Source of the DNA: Patescibacteria group bacterium
GTDB taxonomy: Bacteria > Patescibacteriota > Minisyncoccia > Phycocordibacterales > PALSA-1337
Assembly (NCBI GenBank): GCA_040388415.1
Contig: JAZKBV010000003.1
Location: 1-45,570, forward strand
Length of the DNA: 45,570 nt
Reading direction: 5' to 3'
Shown: piece by piece, positions 38,718 to 45,570 of the stretch
Layout: the number at the start of each line of letters is the position of its first letter
Numbering within the stretch: the stretch's first letter is position 1
Program-made: the position numbers and the translations under genes
Notes under the pieces: generated by a model
Told to the model about the DNA's origin: nothing
Seen by the model: only the letters and a program-made list of their open reading frames with translations
Databases searched by the model: none

Positions 38718-41700
38718 ATGAATAACCTCATTAAGGTAGTTCGTATTTTTCTTGTCACGGTGATTTTGATCACTGGGATACACAGTGCTCACGCATCATA
38801 CGGTGGTCTTGATTGGATGGTCATCACTGCGCCAAATGAGATAACAATTACCTATGAGCATAGTTTGGCTAGCTATGATGTGAGCATGTATACGAACCTC
38901 GGTTTAGGTCTGGAGGGACGTGCCATCACTGCTATCGTTGCTACAACTTCAAATACCGTCACCATAAGTTTTGATGGACCTCCGGTGCCCCCTAACACAA
39001 CAGGATCAATCGATGTTGGGCCGGTAGATTGGTCAGATGCTCCGGGAGGTTTTGCTGGCGGCACAGAGTATCCGGTCGATGATGGATTGTCGCCAACGCT
39101 TGGCGCGCTGACTCTACAAGATCTCGATACGTCTGGCACGCTCACGTCAGGCGATACAGTGTCATTCCGTTTCAATGAGCCGATGAATCCGAATATCACT
39201 GCGGATAATATCAATACGTTTTTGGGGCTGAGTAATGGACACACTTTCGGCACAGTGGGTCAGGGCTTGGCGATAGCATGGACCAATTCAACCACAACGC
39301 TTGTGGTGACTGTTGCCACTGACGCCACTCTCGCTTCCGGAGATACCATACTACCGACTGAGGATGTTATCGATGCATCATATTGGAATAATCCAGTGAT
39401 CGTATCGGGATCGCTTGCTATACCTGTCACCGCAACAGCTCCAAGGACACTGCATTTCTTCAGTAGTTTGTCGTACGACAGCTGGAATACACTGACCAAC
39501 TGGTGGAATGATGCCGGTCATACTGTTCATGCCTCGTCACTTCCAAATGCATATGACAATGTGGTCATCGATTCAACAGTCACTCCTGATGATTCTGCTG
39601 ATTACTATATACGTTCACTCACCATGAGTGAGATACCGGTTGATGGTCAAAGTGACATCGGACTCAACTTCTTTTATATGAATATACGGACGTCTGACGG
39701 TATTATCGTTAATAGTAATTGGAATTTCGCTGGTTCTATCATTGGTGATACGACGTTTAATGGTTTTGCTGCCGCGGGTCTTCCATTTGGAATAGTTGGT
39801 AATGCAAGTTTTTATTTTGGTCTTTCGAATATTATCGGAAACGTAACATTTAATGCTTCAACGACTGCGAACTATGGAACCATCATGGGAAATACCGCTT
39901 TTCATGGCGAGTATGGCAATGCCGGTCTCATTTATGGAAATACAACATTCAATGACTCCACCTCTAATCCGGGAATCGTTTTCGGTAATGTCATATTCCG
40001 AGATCAGACGTTTAATAGTAACGGTACAATACACGGTGATGTGGATGTATATTCTCCAGCTGAATATCCTCTCTCGGGAAGTGTTGACGGTACGATACGG
40101 TATCACGGATACGCTATGTCCATATCCGTGCATGCGCCTTCGAGGACGATAACTCTCGATGTCGATCCAAGTGATACGATTGAAAACATAAAGACCAAGA
40201 TTCAGGACCAGATCGGACTCGCTCCTCAATATCAGACGCTCAGTTTCGATGGGACGCCACTCGTAGATGGACAGACGTTAGCGCATTATTCTATTGGTGC
40301 CAGTGATACTGTCGACCTCGCCATATCGAGTCCGGAGTTTATCTTTACCGTCAAAACTGATAATGCTGGTGTCAGTGATGATCATTCATTTGAGATTCCT
40401 ACTGCGAACGGAATGACCTACAACTATGATGTTGATTGGGGCGATGGGGCTACGACGACAGGCACGACGACAAACGCTTTTCATACCTATGCAGCAGCCG
40501 GTCTTCATCAGATCAAGGTTACCGGCACATTTCCTGCGATGCTATTTATCTTTGCTGGCGACAAGGATAAGCTCATCGCTATAGATCAGTGGGGAACGAA
40601 TCATTGGTTGGCTATGGGTAGCATGTTCGCAGGATGCTCGCATGTCACCTTTGCCGCCTATGATGCACCTGACCTTTCAGGTGTCACTGACCTTATATAT
40701 ACATTCCGAGCATCAGGGCTGAGAAGCGAAAATCTGAATGGGTGGGATGTTAGCAATATAACTTATTTCCTTGGCACATTCCAAGACACGCCGTTCAATG
40801 GAAATATATCAGGTTGGAATATGAGTGGAGCAGTGAACACCGCCGCGATGTTCTATAACGACACTGCGTTCAATGGGGATGTCAGCGCATGGGATGTGAG
40901 CCATGTCACTTCGATGAGCGCCATGTTCGCGTATGATGCCGCTTTCAACAATGGCGGACAACCACTTTCTTGGGGAAGTAAGACGTCGAATGTTGCTGAT
41001 ATGTCAGCGATGTTTTATCAAGCATCTTCATTTAATCAAGATGTCAGCGGCTGGAATGTGAGCAATGTTACCAACATGAACTCGATGTTCGAAAGCGCGA
41101 CTTCATTCAATAATTCCGATGTTACGAATGCGCACCATCATCCGATTCTCTGGGGAAGTCAGACCTCGAAGGTGACGAATATGCAGGGAATGTTTTCGAA
41201 CGCTCAGCGTTTCAATCAGGATATCGGCTCGTGGGACACGTCTCAGGTGACGACGATGGCATATATGTTGAGTGGCGCGACTCTTTTTGATCAAGATCTC
41301 GGCGGATGGGATTTGAGTAATATCACTACGATGGACAATGCTTTCAGTGGAACAGCGCTTTCGACTCGGCACTACGATACGTCGCTTACGGGCTGGTCAG
41401 GACAACTTCTGCAACATGACGTGGTTGTGGGTGCGCCAAATAGCCATTATTGTAATGCTGGCGAAGCGCGGACAGTCCTTATGAGCGACCCTCTTTTCTG
41501 GACTATCAATGATGCCGGTCATGCCTGTGTCACACCACCGAGTGTTTCGTTTGACGGTTCAACTCCAAATAATAATGCAACACTTGTTGCTACGACTTCT
41601 ATTGATACCGGACTTTCCATGAGCGCGACCGGGAACAGGTATTCATTTGTGAACTCTGATCATTCACTTGAAGGATGGTGGAGATTTGAGCGGAATGGTC

Positions 41701-42701
41701 AGGATGATTCGGGTAAAAACGATGCGAACGTTTGGACAGGAACAGAAAGATATTCGTATGGGGCATTCGGAGATGCGGGATATTTTGATGGAGGGTCATC
41801 CTTTGATGTTGTTCTGCATGACCCGATACAGTCGAGCTTTACTGTCTCGACGTGGGTTTATTTGAATAGTGTCACTGAAGGGGCAGCTATCATTGGTGAC
41901 GAGAATGGTCATCTCCTACAGATCGGTGGAAGTAGTCGCTGGCAGTTCGACAATGCGTATTCTGCGGATGCGGTAGCTTCACCAAGGATCTGGACGCATG
42001 TAGTTGGAGTTTATGATGCTTCAAATGAGATGGAGACGCTGTACGTGAATGGTATGCCCGTAAGCAGTGTTAGCGGAACGAGAGCGGTGGCCGCAGCTTT
42101 GAATATTGGGAAACGTAATGATGGTATTTTCATCTTCGGAAAAATTGATGATGTTATGGTCTGGAGCAGGGCACTCGGAGCGGATGAGGTGGCAGCGCTC
42201 CATGATAGTGAGCAGAGCGGGTATGGTCATTCTTTTAATGATCTTTCATATGGAAACCATTCTTTCAAAGGATATGTCGTCGATGATAATGGAACAGCAC
42301 AATCTACTGAAGAGCGGACTGTTACTGTAAGAGATCCAAATCAACAGGATACACAGCAGCCAGTGCAAACCCCAGCCGTTACAGTCATGTCACACTCAGG
42401 GAGTAGGATATCATATATACCAGTTGCTCCGAGCGTGAAAGTGGCGACTTCTTCCAGACAATGGGTGCGTGATCTTACGTTCGGTATGAGCGGTAGTGAC
42501 GTTCTCGATCTGCAGAAGTTCCTTATCTCTGCAAAAAGTGGTCCTGCTGGGCGTGCGCTTTCGGCGCATGGTGCTACCAATTATTTCGGGGCACTGACCA
42601 GGAACGCTCTTGCTGAATTACAAAAAAAGAATGGCATACGTCCAGCTGTTGGTTATTTCGGACCCAAGACGAGAGGGTATGTTACGTCCAAGTTACAGTA
42701 A
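38718..42701 (+). CDS. 1327-aa mosaic surface protein: signal peptide, Ig-like region, beta-solenoid repeats, ubiquitin-like, PKD, DUF285/BspA repeats, LamG, peptidoglycan-binding
   Basis: AHA signal; GNxxF repeats; TITLDVDPSDTIENIKTKIQD; VDWGDG..HTY; WDVS.VT.M..MF repeats; FTVSTWV..WTHVVGVYD..GKIDDVMVWSRAL; GSDVLDLQKFL..YFGALT..GYFGPKTR. Confidence 0.9.
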   Translation: MNNLIKVVRIFLVTVILITGIHSAHASYGGLDWMVITAPNEITITYEHSLASYDVSMYTNLGLGLEGRAITAIVATTSNTVTISFDGPPVPPNTTGSIDVGPVDWSDAPGGFAGGTEYPVDDGLSPTLGALTLQDLDTSGTLTSGDTVSFRFNEPMNPNITADNINTFLGLSNGHTFGTVGQGLAIAWTNSTTTLVVTVATDATLASGDTILPTEDVIDASYWNNPVIVSGSLAIPVTATAPRTLHFFSSLSYDSWNTLTNWWNDAGHTVHASSLPNAYDNVVIDSTVTPDDSADYYIRSLTMSEIPVDGQSDIGLNFFYMNIRTSDGIIVNSNWNFAGSIIGDTTFNGFAAAGLPFGIVGNASFYFGLSNIIGNVTFNASTTANYGTIMGNTAFHGEYGNAGLIYGNTTFNDSTSNPGIVFGNVIFRDQTFNSNGTIHGDVDVYSPAEYPLSGSVDGTIRYHGYAMSISVHAPSRTITLDVDPSDTIENIKTKIQDQIGLAPQYQTLSFDGTPLVDGQTLAHYSIGASDTVDLAISSPEFIFTVKTDNAGVSDDHSFEIPTANGMTYNYDVDWGDGATTTGTTTNAFHTYAAAGLHQIKVTGTFPAMLFIFAGDKDKLIAIDQWGTNHWLAMGSMFAGCSHVTFAAYDAPDLSGVTDLIYTFRASGLRSENLNGWDVSNITYFLGTFQDTPFNGNISGWNMSGAVNTAAMFYNDTAFNGDVSAWDVSHVTSMSAMFAYDAAFNNGGQPLSWGSKTSNVADMSAMFYQASSFNQDVSGWNVSNVTNMNSMFESATSFNNSDVTNAHHHPILWGSQTSKVTNMQGMFSNAQRFNQDIGSWDTSQVTTMAYMLSGATLFDQDLGGWDLSNITTMDNAFSGTALSTRHYDTSLTGWSGQLLQHDVVVGAPNSHYCNAGEARTVLMSDPLFWTINDAGHACVTPPSVSFDGSTPNNNATLVATTSIDTGLSMSATGNRYSFVNSDHSLEGWWRFERNGQDDSGKNDANVWTGTERYSYGAFGDAGYFDGGSSFDVVLHDPIQSSFTVSTWVYLNSVTEGAAIIGDENGHLLQIGGSSRWQFDNAYSADAVASPRIWTHVVGVYDASNEMETLYVNGMPVSSVSGTRAVAAALNIGKRNDGIFIFGKIDDVMVWSRALGADEVAALHDSEQSGYGHSFNDLSYGNHSFKGYVVDDNGTAQSTEERTVTVRDPNQQDTQQPVQTPAVTVMSHSGSRISYIPVAPSVKVATSSRQWVRDLTFGMSGSDVLDLQKFLISAKSGPAGRALSAHGATNYFGALTRNALAELQKKNGIRPAVGYFGPKTRGYVTSKLQ

Positions 42702-42790
42702 AAAATAATCAACAAATCCCCTAATCTGTCAACGACATTTTATTGGCGTTGAAGCGTCACACTACAGAGTAACTTAAATATTTCATATAC

Positions 42791-44221
42791 ATGGAAAATA
42801 CAGCAATACAAAATAAAAAACGCTGGTGGGCGCTCTCTATATTGTGTCTCGGCGTGCTCATGATCGTGCTCGATACGACTATCGTCAATGTAGCCTTGCC
42901 ATCTATCAGGACAAGCCTCGGTTTTGGCGAAGCATCGCTTGCGTGGGTAGTGAATGCGTACTTGCTGACATTCGGCGGGTTTCTCCTGCTCGGTGGAAGG
43001 CTCGGTGATCTCTATGGACATCGTCGTGTCTTTTTGTCGGGCCTTGTCATCTTCACACTGGCATCACTTGCTTGTGGATTTGCGGGAAGTCAGTGGTTCC
43101 TCATCGTCGCTCGAGCAATACAAGGGATCGGCGGGGCAGTGGTGAATGCGGTAGCACTCTCGCTTATGATGAATCTTTTTACAGAACCAGGTGATCGTGC
43201 AAAAGCCATGGGCGTTTTTGGTTTCGTGGCAGCGGGCGGTGGATCGATCGGAGTACTGCTCGGCGGGCTTTTGACGACGATCAATTGGCACTGGATTTTC
43301 TTGGTGAATATTCCAATCGGTATCGTAGTGTTCATCTTTTCTTTCTGGCTACTTCCTGCTACACGCCTAGAAGATGCACAGAAGCATCTCGACGTACCAG
43401 GAGCCGTTACTCTCATCGCGTCGCTGGTGCTTGCCAACTACGCTATCGTCAACGGCAATATCGTCGGATGGATGACATTTCAAACTCTCGGACTTCTCGC
43501 TCTTGCAGTGATTTTACTTGCTTTGTTCATCTGGATCGAATCTCGAGCTCGAGTGCCACTGATGCCGTTACGTCTCTTCCGCTTGCGCAATGTCGTGACC
43601 GCAAATGCTGCTGGCGTCCTCTGGGCTGCAGCTATGTTCTCATGGTTTTTTATCTCCGCGCTCTATATGCAATTCGTCCTTGGTTATTCACCGCTTCAAG
43701 TGGGCCTCGCTTTTCTACCAGCCAATCTCATCATGGCAGCTTTTTCGGTCGGTCTCTCAGCGAAGATTATCATGCGCTACGGGATCAAGAGACCGCTCTG
43801 GACGGGTCTCACATCTGCTTCGCTCGGTTTGGTATTGCTGGCATTCGCGCCTATTGGCGGACACTTTGTCGCGAATATTCTGCCGAGCATGATACTGCTC
43901 GGCATCGGGGCGGGCATCGCTTTTAATCCGATCCTTCTCGTTGCCATGAGCGATCTTCCTCAGGCAGAATCTGGTCTCGCGTCAGGGCTCGTCAACACAT
44001 CATTCATGATGGGTGGCGCGCTTGGACTCGCGATTCTCGCTAGTCTCGCCCTTGCTCGAACAGAGAGTCTTGTCCAGTCAGGGACGACCCATCTTGTCGC
44101 TCTCAATGCGGGTTATCATGCCGCTTTTCTCGTCGGCGCCAGCTTCGCAGCGCTTGCTGCTATTCTTGGCGTCGTGTTTCTGAAGGTGCCAGCGAGGGGA
44201 GTGGAGAGTTCCGCAGTTTAG
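42791..44221 (+). CDS. DHA2-family (EmrB/QacA) MFS efflux transporter
   Basis: LDTTIVNVALPSI, GGRLGDLYGHRR, WHWIFLVNIPIG; about 14 TM helices. Confidence 0.93.
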   Translation: MENTAIQNKKRWWALSILCLGVLMIVLDTTIVNVALPSIRTSLGFGEASLAWVVNAYLLTFGGFLLLGGRLGDLYGHRRVFLSGLVIFTLASLACGFAGSQWFLIVARAIQGIGGAVVNAVALSLMMNLFTEPGDRAKAMGVFGFVAAGGGSIGVLLGGLLTTINWHWIFLVNIPIGIVVFIFSFWLLPATRLEDAQKHLDVPGAVTLIASLVLANYAIVNGNIVGWMTFQTLGLLALAVILLALFIWIESRARVPLMPLRLFRLRNVVTANAAGVLWAAAMFSWFFISALYMQFVLGYSPLQVGLAFLPANLIMAAFSVGLSAKIIMRYGIKRPLWTGLTSASLGLVLLAFAPIGGHFVANILPSMILLGIGAGIAFNPILLVAMSDLPQAESGLASGLVNTSFMMGGALGLAILASLALARTESLVQSGTTHLVALNAGYHAAFLVGASFAALAAILGVVFLKVPARGVESSAV

Positions 44222-44266
44222 GTTTGAGTTTGCAACTACGTACTGGTTCCTGTAACATGCTTATAT

Positions 44267-45570
44267 ATGGCCATATTCTCAATACTACGCAAACATATCG
44301 TTATATCAACTGCAGTAGCTCTGGTGGCTATTGTTATCGCTGTCATTGCTGGAAGATCGCTCAAACAGCCAGTCTCAGCGATTAGCACCTCAACAGCAAA
44401 ACTGGTGACGACCGTGAACGCATCTACATTCCGTCAGGGCAACGTAGCCGTTTCGGCAAATGGCACTGTCGAAGCTCATTCACAGGCCGATCTGAAGAGT
44501 CAGACTTCAGCGCCCGTTTCGGTCATAGATGTCTCTATCGGTCAAAATGTTTACTCTGGTCAAGTACTTATAGAGCTTTCAAATAGCGATATTCGCGCAC
44601 AGTTGGCTCAAGCAGAAGCATCGCTTGCACTCGCACAAGGACAATATGACACTGGGGCAGTCTCACTTGATTCTGCAAGGCAGGCAGCGATCGACAAGAT
44701 CAAAGATGCATATATAAAGACCTATGACGCTATCGTGACGCAGGCCGATCCGATTTTGTACAACAACAACGGCAATGGTGGACAATTGAACTCGCTTTCG
44801 TCTGATACTGCGCTCAACAATGAGATTACAAGCATCGATCTTGAGCTCCGTAGCGCATTTTTGGACTGGAAAGCGCTCAACGATAGCCTCACTGTCAGTA
44901 CAAGCACTGACATCATAAAAGCAGCTGCTGCCACCGCGCAAAAAAATATGACGATCGCCGGTAGTCTGCTCAATGACATGTCGAAGCTATTGAATAGCTT
45001 ATCTAACTCCGCTACGCCCACATTTTTGGCTTCTCTAGATACATGGAAAGGAGTGGTCACTGCAGCGCATAACTCTGTCTCAGGTGCTCAACAGTCTTTG
45101 ACGGCTGCAAGCCAAGCCCTCAACACAGGAAGCTCGAGTCAAGGATCGACTGCTCGTGCTCAAATCGCTGCTGCACAAGCTGGCGTCGACAATCTGCGCG
45201 CTCAGCTAGCCAAGACCATCATCCGTTCTCCTGTTGCTGGAAAGATCTCAGCACTACCATTGCGCGAAGGGGAACTGGCTTCACCGGGCACTTTGCTCGC
45301 CACAGTCATCGGCAATGAAGATGGTCTTAGGATCAAGGCATATGTCAGCGGCGAAGATCTCTCTCGCATCCAAGTCGGATCAACTGTCATCGTTCAGGAT
45401 ACAGCGTCGAAAGGCATTGTCTCAAATGTTGCTCCTGGCGTAGATTCAACGACCAAGAAAGCAGAAGTTGATATTGATGTGCTTGATTCCGGCACATCTG
45501 GAGCATCAGGGCTCGTTATCGGCAGGAATGTGAGTGTTCTCATATCTCCAGCGCATGTCGCAACAACCGT
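44267..45570 (+). CDS. HlyD/membrane-fusion (periplasmic adaptor) protein, 3'-partial; absent from the ORF track
   Basis: Hand translation: MAIFSILRKH, TM, ANGTVEAHSQADLKSQ..VSIGQNVYSGQVL, long helical hairpin, KTIIRSPVAGKI..EGE; no stop seen before the window end. Confidence 0.88.
   Translation, partial: MAIFSILRKHIVISTAVALVAIVIAVIAGRSLKQPVSAISTSTAKLVTTVNASTFRQGNVAVSANGTVEAHSQADLKSQTSAPVSVIDVSIGQNVYSGQVLIELSNSDIRAQLAQAEASLALAQGQYDTGAVSLDSARQAAIDKIKDAYIKTYDAIVTQADPILYNNNGNGGQLNSLSSDTALNNEITSIDLELRSAFLDWKALNDSLTVSTSTDIIKAAAATAQKNMTIAGSLLNDMSKLLNSLSNSATPTFLASLDTWKGVVTAAHNSVSGAQQSLTAASQALNTGSSSQGSTARAQIAAAQAGVDNLRAQLAKTIIRSPVAGKISALPLREGELASPGTLLATVIGNEDGLRIKAYVSGEDLSRIQVGSTVIVQDTASKGIVSNVAPGVDSTTKKAEVDIDVLDSGTSGASGLVIGRNVSVLISPAHVATT

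Overview
Core-chromosome segment of a small-genome bacterium, most likely Patescibacteria/CPR (Parcubacteria-like). This is inferred from the gene complement: a type IV pilus cluster with no secretin, DUF5652/DUF1761-type proteins, compact genes and mostly CCA-less tRNAs. The genetic code is standard (code 11). Contents in order: tRNA-Ile(UAU), recG, mutY, DoxX and cytochrome b5 genes, a divergent tRNA-Ser pair (ACU and GCU), VOC/HxlR/nitroreductase stress genes, tyrS, comF, a full pilM-N-O-(P)-B-RR-T-C-pilins-pilD-minor pilin cluster, ligA, gatCA, tRNA-fMet/Met/Asp, tRNA-Thr(GGU) split by a 203-nt group I intron, a free-standing HNH gene, tRNA-Thr(CGU), a shortened prfB, ftsEX, pyrG, two tandem Nudix-like paralogs, tRNA-Gln, an accessory region, a 1327-aa mosaic surface protein, an MFS exporter and a membrane-fusion protein cut off by the window end. 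Most notable: (1) a domain about 50% identical to eukaryotic ubiquitin inside the surface protein; (2) the intron-tRNA / HNH / tRNA cassette; (3) two structured trailers behind different tRNAs with the same architecture, each antisense to its own tRNA 3' end; (4) a 130-bp palindromic element translated in-frame inside RecG; (5) rare anticodons Ser-ACU and Ile-UAU; (6) pervasive TANNNT-N6/7-ATG leaderless starts. All alignments and pairings were done by eye; no searches were run.
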